Assembly (NCBI GenBank): GCA_029856435.1
Contig: JAHQXB010000122.1
Coordinates: 1 to 30,775, forward strand
Direction of reading: 5' to 3'
Length of the DNA: 30,775 nt
Origin: Candidatus Jordarchaeia archaeon
Lineage (GTDB): Archaea; Asgardarchaeota; Jordiarchaeia; Jordiarchaeales; Jordiarchaeaceae
Within the stretch, counting starts at the first letter, position 1, and every line of letters begins with the position of its first letter. Shown here piece after piece: positions 17,138 through 27,053 of this stretch. Below the pieces are notes generated by a model. It searched no databases, was not told where the DNA came from, and worked only from the letters and a program-made list of their open reading frames with translations. The position numbers and the translations under genes were made by a program.

Positions 17138-19138
17138 TTATTCTTGGAAGAATTCTTGTATCATTTTTTCTATGGTTATGAATGGGGAGTGGGAGCTTAT
17201 GGATATGGTTCTTTGGGCCAGCCAGGATGCTAGTCGGCTTTGATTTGTGCGGTAGGTGTATCTGCTGTCGAGGAGTATTCCTATGGCGTAGTCGTTTTTG
17301 TGTCTCCAAACTCTGCCCAGTGATTGGTTTACTGCGTTGAATGCTTGGTCTAGATACCATGCGGTGCCCATTCCCTTCTGTTTCTTTTCGTAGTATTCTC
17401 TTTGCGCTTTTATTCGGGGGTCTTGGGTATTTGGGTAGGGTATTCCGACGAGTATGGCGGCGCGTCCTGTTTCGTCTGGGAAGTTTAGTCCTTCGCTGAG
17501 TTTTCCTCTCACCACTGCGAATAGTACTGCCTTATTTTTAGAGGCTTCTTTGCAATACATGTCTGCAAGAACCGGTTTGCTTCCCCTAGTTTCGAAGAAT
17601 GCTGGGATCTTCAATTCGTCTAGTATCCCACTTTTTTCCCACAGCTCAAGCATGCTTTCCATAAGTTCATATGAGGGGAAGAAGACTATGGTTCCATTTG
17701 GGATAACATTTATGAGTGCAGTTATGGTTTTTCCATAGTCGATTATGGTTTCTTTGTCCTCTCTAAGCTCGTATTTTGTGGTGAGTGCTTTTTTGTTTAG
17801 TCCTCGACCTATGCTGAGAATGAGGATGTTCTCCTCGGGTATTATTGTGGGATAACTCTGTAGGAGGGGATTCTCCAGTCCCAGTCTTTGCGCGGTTCCT
17901 TTTAGGGGTGAGAGAGTGCCGCTTGTTAGTATGACTGTTCTGGGATTTTCGCTTAAAATTTGGTCAAAGGCAATTTTTGGCTCCAAGCAGAGCCACTCCA
18001 ATTGGGGATTTTTCTTGTATCTCAGGTTCCATACTCCAACGTAAAACTGTTCACTGGACTGGAGGAAGTTTTCGAAGAAGTGGTACACCCAGTAGGTTCT
18101 CAGCCTATCCAGTATAATTATTCTTCCCCGTAGAGCTATTAACTCACGCTGAATGTTTAAAATAATGGGCCAACTGTCAAGGAAGTTCTTTATCCGCTCC
18201 CTTGTTAATCCGTGTTCATTCATCTCATTTAGAATGAGTTCCCTGGTTAAAAGTTCCTCGTCTTTAAAATCTGCATGGTTAAAGAATCTGAGAAGGAAGG
18301 CAAGAAACATCTCAACATCTGAAGCCCATGGGCGGCTGACCTCTTTTATTTCGTCTAGAGCCTGTTCAACTGTGAGGTGGGAGAGGGTGAAGGACACGGT
18401 GTCTTTTAGGAAATCCTCCATGTTGTGCGCTTCGTCCAAAACCACTATTTGGTTCTGATAGTTAGAATCAATAAACAGGTAGTTGTAGGCCCCTATGACC
18501 ACCTTGTAAATCTGGGCGAGTAGCCTCGCAAGATAGTAGGGGCACACCTTGTGTTCCAAGCCGTAGTGAAGCAGGCTCTCTACACTAGCCAGAGTAGGCG
18601 CATCTTTGGGAATGATTGAAGGGATTTCAATTTCTCCCATTTCGGATTTACAGTAAAGATCCATCCCTGAGGGGAGCTTCTCATTACTGGTCAGGTTGAC
18701 CTCTGGTCGGGAGGAAGCGATTTCCACAAGGCTCCTATCATCCTCCAAGCTTCTAATCCGGGAAAGACAGGTTTCACTAGCATAAAAATAGTCGTTGGAG
18801 CGCCTCAAATCCTCATCTAAGCAGAGCTGAACACGAGATCCTCTAACCACACCCGTTATGTTGTGTCCCAGCTCGTTAATCTTTTCCAATTCGTAAGCAA
18901 CCTGCCTCATCTGGGCGTGGGTTCTGGAGTAGTAAAAAACGCGGTAAGGGGTTCCCACAGTGGCTGCAAGTATGGCAATGGTTTTACCAAAACCTGTGGG
19001 AGCCTCCAGAAAACCTATTCCCCCCTTCTCAACCAGCGATGCCACATCCCTCATATACATTTCCTGTTGAGGATATGGCGTGTAGGGAAAATAGGTTCTC
19101 ATCTGTTCACTTATGCTTTTAGCAGAGTCTTCCTTCAA
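17138..19138 (-). CDS. Fe-S cluster 5'-3' DNA helicase, XPD/Rad3/FANCJ family
   Basis: Q motif PYPQQ, Walker A EAPTGFGKT, four Cys including CPYY, DEAHN, TSGTLSP, FFPSY, RGKLSEGLNF, GIPYP, NQSLGRVWRH. Confidence 0.92.
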   Translation of the reverse strand: MKEDSAKSISEQMRTYFPYTPYPQQEMYMRDVASLVEKGGIGFLEAPTGFGKTIAILAATVGTPYRVFYYSRTHAQMRQVAYELEKINELGHNITGVVRGSRVQLCLDEDLRRSNDYFYASETCLSRIRSLEDDRSLVEIASSRPEVNLTSNEKLPSGMDLYCKSEMGEIEIPSIIPKDAPTLASVESLLHYGLEHKVCPYYLARLLAQIYKVVIGAYNYLFIDSNYQNQIVVLDEAHNMEDFLKDTVSFTLSHLTVEQALDEIKEVSRPWASDVEMFLAFLLRFFNHADFKDEELLTRELILNEMNEHGLTRERIKNFLDSWPIILNIQRELIALRGRIIILDRLRTYWVYHFFENFLQSSEQFYVGVWNLRYKKNPQLEWLCLEPKIAFDQILSENPRTVILTSGTLSPLKGTAQRLGLENPLLQSYPTIIPEENILILSIGRGLNKKALTTKYELREDKETIIDYGKTITALINVIPNGTIVFFPSYELMESMLELWEKSGILDELKIPAFFETRGSKPVLADMYCKEASKNKAVLFAVVRGKLSEGLNFPDETGRAAILVGIPYPNTQDPRIKAQREYYEKKQKGMGTAWYLDQAFNAVNQSLGRVWRHKNDYAIGILLDSRYTYRTNQSRLASWLAQRTISISSHSPFITIEKMIQEFFQE

Positions 19139-19260
19139 GAATAACCCTCAAAACAAATCTCAGTAGAACAAGATATAAGAGTTACTATGATAAAATATAC
19201 TACCTACATCTAAAAATAATTTCAGCCAATTAGGCTATGTGTAGTTTAAGGGTGTCTGTT

Positions 19261-20199
19261 TTGGAAAAGGTTTGTGTAGCTCTTGGAGGCAACGCCATTC
19301 TCAGGTACAAGGATAGGGGTACTGCTGAGGAGCAGTTTGAGAATATTAGAAAAACCGCCGAATACCTGGTACGCCTGATTAGGGATGGGTTCAAAATAAT
19401 AATAACACATGGAAACGGGCCCCAAGTGGGTGATATACTGATTCGAAACGAGAGATGTTCCGATATTTTGCCGCCTATGCCTTTGGATGTGCTTGGAGCT
19501 GAGAGTCAGGGCATGATTGGATACATGATTCAGCAGGCTTTGCGGAACGAGCTGAGAAAGGTGGGATTAGACATTCCCGTTATAACCATTGTGACGCAGG
19601 TAGTGGTCGATAAGAATGATCCTGCATTTAAAAATCCTGAAAAGTTTGTGGGTCAATTTTACACTGTTTGGGAAGCTGAAAAAATGAAGAAGGAGAGGGG
19701 GTGGATTCTCAAGGATGACGCTGGTAGAGGGTACAGACGAGTGGTCCCCTCCCCTAAGCCAATATTCATAGTGGAGATTGACACCATAAAGAGATTATAT
19801 GACGACGGTGTTTTAGTTATAGCGGCGGGTGGAGGTGGAATACCTGTCGTGGTAGGTGAGGAGGGCAAACTTCAGGGGGTGGAGGCTGTGATTGATAAAG
19901 ATTTGAGCGCAGAAAGGCTGGCCACCAGCGTTGGGGCGGATACTCTGTTAATTCTTACCGATGTGGAGGGTGTTGCTATAAACTTTAGAAAACCAAACCA
20001 GAAATTCCTCAAAGAAATGAGCATAGTCCAGGCAAGGGAATACTTGGAACAGGAACAGTTCGGAAGGGGGAGCATGAAACCCAAAATAGAGGCCGCTGTG
20101 AAATTCATAACAGGGGGAGGAAAAAGGGTAATAATATCCTCTTTGGAACAGGGAGAAAAAGCACTGAAAGGCGAGGCAGGAACACTAATCCATATTTAG
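19261..20199 (+). CDS. arcC: Carbamate kinase (ArcC/CpkA)
   Basis: ALGGNA, THGNGPQVG, GAESQGMIGY, DKNDPAFKNPEKFVG, RRVVPSP, AGGGGIPV, EAVIDKD, GSMKPKIEAA. TTG 19261 is preferred; the track start is 19237. Confidence 0.93.
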   Translation: MEKVCVALGGNAILRYKDRGTAEEQFENIRKTAEYLVRLIRDGFKIIITHGNGPQVGDILIRNERCSDILPPMPLDVLGAESQGMIGYMIQQALRNELRKVGLDIPVITIVTQVVVDKNDPAFKNPEKFVGQFYTVWEAEKMKKERGWILKDDAGRGYRRVVPSPKPIFIVEIDTIKRLYDDGVLVIAAGGGGIPVVVGEEGKLQGVEAVIDKDLSAERLATSVGADTLLILTDVEGVAINFRKPNQKFLKEMSIVQAREYLEQEQFGRGSMKPKIEAAVKFITGGGKRVIISSLEQGEKALKGEAGTLIHI

Positions 20200-20269
20200 A
20201 CAACAGGCAGCGATAAATATTCAATCCCTTCCCAGCCGATTCACTTCTAGGAAGTTGGGAATATAATTT

Positions 20270-21031
20270 TTATCCCAGAACGTATTTTAGTGTTAATAGT
20301 AACATTATTCCTATTAGGAATATGGCTATGGATGCCAGTGATCTTTTTAAATTAGGTTCCTTGTGGAGTTCAGGGATTAGATCTGAGCACGCTATGTATA
20401 TGAAACCCCCCGCTGCGAATGCCAAAACAGAGTATACAATGCGGGTGTAGTCTCCCGTTATTACAATGTCTTTTAATAAAAAGTATGTGATGAGCGCCCC
20501 CGCTATGGCTGTTAGGGCGGAGAGAAGATTGTAACCTAGGGCTTTAACTCTCCCAAATCCGCCGTATACCAGTACGCCGAAGTCTCCGATCTCTTGGGGT
20601 ATTTCGTGTGCAAGAACTGCTAGGGTAACCACTGCCCCCAAGTTTATGTTTATCATGTAGCTAGCCGCTATAAGAACTCCGTCTATTAGGTTGTGTATTC
20701 CGTCGCCGATGAGGTTTAGGTAGGTGAAGGGATGAATGTCGCAAACTCCTTCATGGCAGTGGCGCCAATAGATAACTCGCTCCAGCAGGAAGAAGGAAGC
20801 AAAGCCCACTACCAGTAAAATTGAGAAACTCAGAGGCTCTAGGTTTTCAACAGATTCTGGTAAAATGTGGAAAAAGGCTCCACCCATTAGGGCTCCAGCG
20901 GCAAAGGCTATCAGGAAAAAGAGAATCTTATCCAAAAAAGACCTATTAAAAGCTAGAGTGAAAATTCCCACCAGCGAAACTAAACTAGCGATAACAGTAC
21001 TTACAACAATAAAAGTTAAAGTAAAATACAT
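20270..21031 (-). CDS. ZIP-family metal (Zn/Fe/Mn) transporter
   Basis: FAAGALMGGAFFHILPES, His-rich loop HCHEGVCDIH, GDGIHNLIDG, HEIPQEIGDFGVL, FAAGGFIYIACSDLIPELH. Confidence 0.93.
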   Translation of the reverse strand: MYFTLTFIVVSTVIASLVSLVGIFTLAFNRSFLDKILFFLIAFAAGALMGGAFFHILPESVENLEPLSFSILLVVGFASFFLLERVIYWRHCHEGVCDIHPFTYLNLIGDGIHNLIDGVLIAASYMININLGAVVTLAVLAHEIPQEIGDFGVLVYGGFGRVKALGYNLLSALTAIAGALITYFLLKDIVITGDYTRIVYSVLAFAAGGFIYIACSDLIPELHKEPNLKRSLASIAIFLIGIMLLLTLKYVLG

Positions 21032-21175
21032 ACAAAACCACCCAAACTAACAAAACAACACCATAGATTTTGAGGTTTTCATAAAAGAGCTTAAAATTTT
21101 TCGAGACCATTCACCGAAAAACTAAACTATACTGTACTTCGTCTATTTTAAGGGTACCCAATGCTTTTCCGGGTT

Positions 21176-22552
21176 TTAGCCCTTTTTTCCCACTTTTTGT
21201 ATTATTCTGATGGCTTTCTCCACGGCTTCCTTTGCTGTTGGCGCTAATATTCTGACCATAGCTTCCTTGCCGATACCCCCGCGGTCAAATATCACATCGG
21301 GTACACGGCCAATGGAGGCAATTGCTCTTTTAACACCCCAAGGCAAACTTTTGCCTTCCTGCTCTTTAATATCCGCTGGCTCTTCTCCTCTGTCAAAGGT
21401 GGAAATTATCAAATTCAGCTCCACACAGGCATTGATTATTTCCTCAGAATACTTTATGTTAACCGCAGCTCTCATGGTCGGGTCGTGTTCCATCACTGAC
21501 AAGATGATCCCCGCTATGTGGCTGGAGGAGCCGAATTTTATGCACCCTAAGGGCTTAGCCCGTCCGTGATAATTCATTATTCTACCATCCACCGCAGCCA
21601 CGTCCTTTGCGTCTCTAGCGTTTGGCAGAGCCATACCAACGTTTGTTCTCACCTCTGGAATGAATTCTCCAAAATTGGGTGTGGCTTCCATCATTGCCAC
21701 TGCTGCATCCAAATCTTGGACGACCCTCCACTTTTCGGCATCTATTTCAAGCCAATAAGTAGGGTTAACTGGTTTTCTTCCTCCCCCCACCATTACTGGA
21801 TGCCCAACCGCCTCATCAATAAATTTTTCCGCGTGGAACACTGCGTCTGCTGGCTCGCAACCTTTAGCCATATATGCTGCTATAGCTGCGGAGAAGCTGC
21901 AGCCACTTCCGTGAGTTCCAGGTTCTTCGATTCTGGGCTTCTCAAAAAGTTTTATCTTTCCTCCGTAAAGCATTACGTCCACGACGGTTTTGCCCGTGGC
22001 TTCCAGATGTCCTCCCTTAATCACTACCACTTCTGGGCCGAGGGTTGAGATGACGCGTGCCGCCTCCTCCATATCTTTAACCGAGTTAATCATAGTATCA
22101 GCTATTACCGAGGCTTCAGTAACGTTTGGGGTGACTACTTGGGATAAGGGAATGAGATTTTTTATAATCATTTTTTCAGCAGCCGGGGTAACCAGCCTGT
22201 CGCCAGAGCCCGCCCAGATTACGGGGTCCACTACCAGGGGAAAGCCATGTTCATTTATTTCATTGCAGACCAGCTTTATTACTTCTGGTTCATAAAGCAT
22301 CCCAGTCTTAGCTGCGTCCACTTCTATATCGTCGGCTACCACATCGATTTGAGCCATTACAATTTCTGGGGGAATGGGGTGGATGTCTCGCACAAACAAA
22401 GTATTCTGGGCGGTAACTGCTGTGATGGCGCAAGTTCCATGAACACCTAGTGCTGCAAAAGTTTTTAGATCAGTCTGGATTCCTGCACCTCCACCAGAAT
22501 CTGAACCCGCAATTGTTAGAGCTACGGGAAACTTCAAAGCTACAGCCTCCAA
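21176..22552 (-). CDS. thiDN: Bifunctional HMP/HMP-P kinase and thiamine-phosphate synthase (ThiD-ThiN fusion)
   Basis: ThiD motifs [46 protein letters not shown]. ThiN motifs [35 protein letters not shown]. Confidence 0.93.
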   Translation of the reverse strand: MEAVALKFPVALTIAGSDSGGGAGIQTDLKTFAALGVHGTCAITAVTAQNTLFVRDIHPIPPEIVMAQIDVVADDIEVDAAKTGMLYEPEVIKLVCNEINEHGFPLVVDPVIWAGSGDRLVTPAAEKMIIKNLIPLSQVVTPNVTEASVIADTMINSVKDMEEAARVISTLGPEVVVIKGGHLEATGKTVVDVMLYGGKIKLFEKPRIEEPGTHGSGCSFSAAIAAYMAKGCEPADAVFHAEKFIDEAVGHPVMVGGGRKPVNPTYWLEIDAEKWRVVQDLDAAVAMMEATPNFGEFIPEVRTNVGMALPNARDAKDVAAVDGRIMNYHGRAKPLGCIKFGSSSHIAGIILSVMEHDPTMRAAVNIKYSEEIINACVELNLIISTFDRGEEPADIKEQEGKSLPWGVKRAIASIGRVPDVIFDRGGIGKEAMVRILAPTAKEAVEKAIRIIQKVGKKG

Positions 22553-22708
22553 AAAGAGCTATTTTTAAAGTAGAAAACGTAGTTGAAACTATTAAATCTA
22601 TGGCTGAACATTGGGATAGCGTTTCTGAAAGTTTGTGGCTATCAATTTTAAGTTATAATTCATATTTGCTTACCGACTATTCCTTTTAAGAAGTTTGTTG
22701 GTACCGTG

Positions 22709-22767
22709 GAAGCCTTCTATTTCTCATATTTTTTGGGGAAGCAACGCTCCCCAAGCATGAGGGCTTC
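22709..22767. other. Long imperfect hairpin in the thiDN/pstK divergent intergenic region
   Basis: Three nested stems: GAAGCC/GGCTTC (22709-14/22762-67), CTCAT/ATGAG (22723-27/22757-61) and TTGGGGA/TCCCCAA (22733-39/22748-54). Confidence 0.45.
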
Positions 22768-22885
22768 AAGTGAAGTTGAATCACGTGGTTTTGATCGTCT
22801 TTTTTATGTAATATTACTTTTATAAGTGGGGGGTATGTTCCTTATTTTGAGGATGACGCTAAAATAGTAAGGTGTTGAGCTAGTA

Positions 22886-23656
22886 TTGCTTATAATTTTC
22901 TGCGGTATACCGAGCATAGGAAAAACTCTGATTGCAAGAAGGCTAGCAATTGAACTTGAGAAATGTAGCTATCCCACTGTTGTTTTGGGTTCCGACGACA
23001 TTCGTCGACTTGTTCCCGCACATGTTGAGATGTTCAACCCACAGCGGGAAGAGTTCATAAGGGAAACAACACTACACATGGTAGATTATTTTCTTAGCAA
23101 GGAAAAAACGGTAATCAGTGATGATACAAACTATTACAATGCTATGCGGCGTGACCTCATAAAAATTGCAGAGAAAAACAGAGCGGATTATGCCATAGTC
23201 CACATATATGCCCCCCTGGAGCTTGCTCTAAAGTGGAATAGGGAACGGGGAGAGCCCATACCCTCCGAGGTCATAAATAGGATCCATGACAAATTTGATA
23301 TTCCTGGTAAAAAGTATAAGTGGGATCAGCCTATTGCCAGTATTGACAGATCCAAGGAATCAGTGGAAGATTCTGTTAAAATAATTCTCCAGAAACTCAA
23401 AGAAGGGAAACCTCAAAAGAGCGGGAAGCCCAAAGTCTTGTATAAGGCGGGCAAATCTGAGGAAATAGACCGTCTTACACGCAGAATCGCTGGAAAAATT
23501 TTGGAGGAAAAAGGCGACAAGATGCTGGCTCGGCGGATAAGTGCTTTGAGGAAAGGTTTTGTTAGGGAAGCAACTGAGAAGAAGTTCACTCTGGAACAGG
23601 CTGAGAAGGAGTTCATCAAGAAGGTAAAGAGTGTGATTAATGGTGAAAATTTCTGA
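22886..23656 (+). CDS. pstK: O-phosphoseryl-tRNA(Sec) kinase
   Basis: P-loop [38 protein letters not shown] and [14 protein letters not shown] match M. jannaschii PSTK ([27 protein letters not shown]). It has a helical C-terminal tRNA-binding domain. Confidence 0.92.
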   Translation: MLIIFCGIPSIGKTLIARRLAIELEKCSYPTVVLGSDDIRRLVPAHVEMFNPQREEFIRETTLHMVDYFLSKEKTVISDDTNYYNAMRRDLIKIAEKNRADYAIVHIYAPLELALKWNRERGEPIPSEVINRIHDKFDIPGKKYKWDQPIASIDRSKESVEDSVKIILQKLKEGKPQKSGKPKVLYKAGKSEEIDRLTRRIAGKILEEKGDKMLARRISALRKGFVREATEKKFTLEQAEKEFIKKVKSVINGENF

Positions 23657-24692
23657 ATGGGTACCCCGGGATGGCGACGCAATTTTTACTAAAGAGGGAT
23701 TCATTTTTTACACCATTGGATACGTTCACCCAGAGGATAGGGTAATCGCATTTATCAAGTATATTCCTAAAGAACTTCAAAGCCATTTTAAAGTGCCTTG
23801 GCTACCCTACGAGTGGCAGCTGGGCAACACTCCACTGGTAAGGCCAAAGAAGCTCTACTCGCCCCAAATATACGCTTCCGTCATCTCCTCACTTAAAGAA
23901 ATCATTCCAGACGCCGTCTACTTTAACCCTTACGTGGGAAAGGAACTGGTGACTGTTCCCAAAAAACACATTAAAGAGATTTATGTTCCCAGCGAACGCT
24001 TGAAACGCCTTTTGGAAAAGCAAGACCACGATGAGCTTGAGAGAAAAGCAGTAGAAGTCATAGAAATGCTTTCCAAAGAATCCGGAGTACCAGTAGAGAA
24101 TTTTGGTATTCACGGCTCCATTTCCCTCCAGATGCACAACCAACAAAGCGACATCGACATTTGTATTTATGGAGCTGAGAACTTCAGAAAGGTTAAGAAC
24201 GCATTCCACAACCTGTACAGCAAGGGTGTAGTATCAATTCTCCAGGTGGACGAGTTTGACTCTATTAGGCGAAACAGGGGTGTATATCAGAACACAAGGT
24301 TTGTAATTAATGCCACCAGAAAAATTGAGGAAATGAAGGAAAAGTTTGGACAATACAAGTACGAAGCCATAATGCCAATTGAAGCCACATGTCGAGTAAC
24401 AAGTAATGATGAATCCATGTTTCGCCCATCAATCTATGAGGTGGACGACTGCCAGTTAAAACAAAAATGCGGCGTGGAAAAGCCTAGCAAGGTTGTGAGC
24501 ATGATTGGGCAATTCAGAGATTTCGCAAGTGTAGGTGAGAAGATAAAAGTTAGAGGTATGCTTGAAAAGGTGGAGAACCTAAAAACAGGTGAAACTAGTT
24601 ACCGCATAGTTGTGGGTTCCGGAGTAGGCAAAGAATACCTTTGGCCAATAAATAGTTTATCCAGTTCTCCAATCGAAAATATTATCAAGTAA
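23640..24692 (+). CDS. Uncharacterised pol-beta-superfamily nucleotidyltransferase with a C-terminal OB-like domain (COG1665-like), paralogue A
   Basis: [19 protein letters not shown]; core [24 protein letters not shown] (GS...DxD); tail [14 protein letters not shown]. It overlaps the pstK end by 17 nt. Confidence 0.8.
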   Translation: MVKISEWVPRDGDAIFTKEGFIFYTIGYVHPEDRVIAFIKYIPKELQSHFKVPWLPYEWQLGNTPLVRPKKLYSPQIYASVISSLKEIIPDAVYFNPYVGKELVTVPKKHIKEIYVPSERLKRLLEKQDHDELERKAVEVIEMLSKESGVPVENFGIHGSISLQMHNQQSDIDICIYGAENFRKVKNAFHNLYSKGVVSILQVDEFDSIRRNRGVYQNTRFVINATRKIEEMKEKFGQYKYEAIMPIEATCRVTSNDESMFRPSIYEVDDCQLKQKCGVEKPSKVVSMIGQFRDFASVGEKIKVRGMLEKVENLKTGETSYRIVVGSGVGKEYLWPINSLSSSPIENIIK

Positions 24693-24736
24693 GATTAAAA
24701 GCTGAAAAAAGGCGGGGTTTCAATTTTTTAAAGGAA

Positions 24737-25822
24737 GTGATGCAGGGAATGGTGCTAAAAGTGAGGGACAAGGATGCCCCCATTTCGCGGGAGGGTATCA
24801 TATTCAGAGTTTACGGATATGATCATCCTCCCCACGCCTGCATATGTGATGTAGAGTACGCTCCAGAAACCATATATAGGGCGGTGGAGCCCAAAGCGGT
24901 GCGCACAGGTCTCCCACTAAAGTATTACAAATTCTATTCGGATGGGGGGCTTAGATTTGTTCAAGAAAATTATCCCCAATACCAGTTTTTCTATGAGCCC
25001 CTCCAACGCCAGCTTGTAGGAATAAGAGAGGAACAAATAGTGGAGCTCCGTAAACCTGACCAGAAGCTTGAAGAAATTTTGGAGCAGGAGCCCAAGGACA
25101 ACCTGATGAGGACCCTGACAAATGTTTTGGAATTGATTTTTAACCACTCAAAGCTTAAGCCTTCAGACTTCGGTGTTTTTGGCTCCCTCCTGCACGGCTT
25201 TTACAATTTGAATTATAGTGATCTCGACTACGTTATCTACGGCGGCAGCAAGGTTGAAGAACTCGTAGAGGTTTTAGATGACCTCTACAAAGATCGGGAG
25301 GGTGTGCTAAAAAACGAGTTTGATTTTTTTGATGAGAGGACAGAACAAAAAAATTGGCGGTTCGAAAACTATACCCTCAAGGAGTATGAATGGTACGAGA
25401 GGAGAAAGCGTATCTATGCCCTTTATGATTCAAAGGAGCTGGGCAGGAGAGTTAAGGTTGAGTTTGAACCCGTCAGGGCCTGGAACGAAATAAGAAATGA
25501 GTATCATCCAGAGATGCGAATAACTGGAATAGGATGGATAAAGGCGAAGGCAATCATTCGAGAGGACAGGGAGTCCTACTTTATGCCCGCCATTTACCCC
25601 ATAGAAGTCCTAGAACTCATTGAGGGGAGGGGAGCAGACAACATTGAAAGAATAATCACTTATGTAGAAGAGTACAAAATGCAGGTTAAAAAAGACGAAA
25701 AGGTGCTGGTGGAAGGAACACTGGAAAAAGTTGAGACTCCTAAAAAAACATTCCACCAAATTACTCTAACCCACATTCCAGACAAAAAGTACTACAAGCA
25801 GGTGCTGAAAATCGCAAAATGA
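24737..25822 (+). CDS. Uncharacterised nucleotidyltransferase with a C-terminal OB-like domain (COG1665-like), paralogue B
   Basis: RDKDAPISREGIIF..GYDHP; core FGVFGSLLHGFYNLNYSDLDYVIYG; tail DEKVLVEGTLEKV. It starts 44 nt after paralogue A. Confidence 0.8.
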   Translation: MMQGMVLKVRDKDAPISREGIIFRVYGYDHPPHACICDVEYAPETIYRAVEPKAVRTGLPLKYYKFYSDGGLRFVQENYPQYQFFYEPLQRQLVGIREEQIVELRKPDQKLEEILEQEPKDNLMRTLTNVLELIFNHSKLKPSDFGVFGSLLHGFYNLNYSDLDYVIYGGSKVEELVEVLDDLYKDREGVLKNEFDFFDERTEQKNWRFENYTLKEYEWYERRKRIYALYDSKELGRRVKVEFEPVRAWNEIRNEYHPEMRITGIGWIKAKAIIREDRESYFMPAIYPIEVLELIEGRGADNIERIITYVEEYKMQVKKDEKVLVEGTLEKVETPKKTFHQITLTHIPDKKYYKQVLKIAK

Positions 25823-25927
25823 GTAAACCTTTTTTTGGCAGAAAAATACTGGATAACTCACCTCTCGTTTGCGGTGGAGAATCATAATTGTTTACTTGTC
25901 CAAAATGCACACATAATTTAGGATTTT

Positions 25928-25935
25928 TTATATAT
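25928..25935 (+). promoter_or_regulatory. Possible TATA box upstream of the KARI-selB-SepSecS unit
   Basis: TTTATATA about 50 nt upstream of the KARI start. Confidence 0.3.
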
Positions 25936-25982
25936 GCTAGAAGTATTTACTTGATTATGAGCTGGAAAATACCAAATTTTTC

Positions 25983-26999
25983 GTGGTGGTGAAATTGGTG
26001 AAATTTTACTATGATGAAGACGCGGATCTATCAATATTGAAGGATAAGGTTATTGCAGTTATAGGATATGGTAATCAGGGCCGTGCTCAGGCGCTAAATA
26101 TGAGAGACAACCACCTAGATGTAATAATAGGGAACATTAAAGACGCCTATTGGGACTTGGCAGAGGCTGATGGCTTCAAAATTTATCCCATAAGGGAAGC
26201 CGCCAGCAAAGCCGATATAATATCATTTCTCATTCCAGACGAGCTTATGCCACAAGTTTATGAGAAGGAAATCCAAGGCGAATTATCGCAGGGAAAGACT
26301 CTCAACTTTGCGTCGGGTTACAACATAGGCTTTGGCTTAATCAAACCCCCCAGTAATGTGGATGTGGTTATGCTAGCACCCAGAATGATTGGAAAATATG
26401 TGCGTGAACTATTCGTTAAGGGAGAGGGGTTCCCCAGTTTTATAGCAGTGGAGAATGATGCCAGCGGAAGAGCCAAAGACATAGTTTTGGCTTTGGCAAA
26501 AGCTATAGGTTCCACTAGGGTGGGCGTACTTGAAGTCACCATGGCTCAGGAGGCCTACATGGACCTATTTACAGAACAGGGCACGGGCCCAATCATCGGC
26601 AGAACTCTGATGGCTGCCTTTCAAATTTTGGTAGAAGCCGGCCTCCCTCCAGAAGCTGTACTAATAGAGTTGTACATGTCAGGCGAGCTGGGACTTGTTT
26701 TCCAAACCTTTGCCGAAACGGGAATTGCGGGGCAAATGGAGTTACACTCCCAAACTAGCCAATATGGATCAATCAGTAGAAGCTTGACCCTTAAATTCGA
26801 CCCCATCGTTGAACATCTCAAAAAGATTTTTGAAGAAATAAAAAGCGGAGCCTTCGCAGAAGAGTGGAAAAAAGAACAGGAAGCAGGATACCCCAAGTTT
26901 AAACAGCTAAAAGAGCTATCCAAACTTAACCCCCTAGCACCCTACGAGAAAAAAGTTATTGAGGGATTAAGAAGAAAAAAGCGGGAAAAAGACCCATAG
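25983..26999 (+). CDS. ilvC: Ketol-acid reductoisomerase family protein, class I, divergent (Sulfolobales KARI-like) type
   Basis: VIGYGNQGRAQALNMRD, LIPDE, FASGYN, APRMIG, DLFTEQ, ELYMSGE, HSQTSQYG, SGAFAEEW. The true start may be GTG 25998. Confidence 0.85.
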   Translation: MVVKLVKFYYDEDADLSILKDKVIAVIGYGNQGRAQALNMRDNHLDVIIGNIKDAYWDLAEADGFKIYPIREAASKADIISFLIPDELMPQVYEKEIQGELSQGKTLNFASGYNIGFGLIKPPSNVDVVMLAPRMIGKYVRELFVKGEGFPSFIAVENDASGRAKDIVLALAKAIGSTRVGVLEVTMAQEAYMDLFTEQGTGPIIGRTLMAAFQILVEAGLPPEAVLIELYMSGELGLVFQTFAETGIAGQMELHSQTSQYGSISRSLTLKFDPIVEHLKKIFEEIKSGAFAEEWKKEQEAGYPKFKQLKELSKLNPLAPYEKKVIEGLRRKKREKDP

Positions 27000-27053
27000 T
27001 CCCCCCCAAACCATATAGTAGAAATCATAATTTCTCAATGGGAGGATTGATAC

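Noticed and set aside
22690-22800. TPP riboswitch upstream of thiDN
   Set aside because: GGGGAGC and TGAGA occur, but the CTGAGA context, the ACCTGA junction and the P4/P5 pyrophosphate arm are absent.
25820-25921. Sec read-through of the TGA ending nucleotidyltransferase B (frame stays open ~32 codons); likewise the TGA stops of thrC and selB
   Set aside because: The proteins appear complete at these stops, the extensions have no Cys/redox context, and no SECIS-like element was seen.
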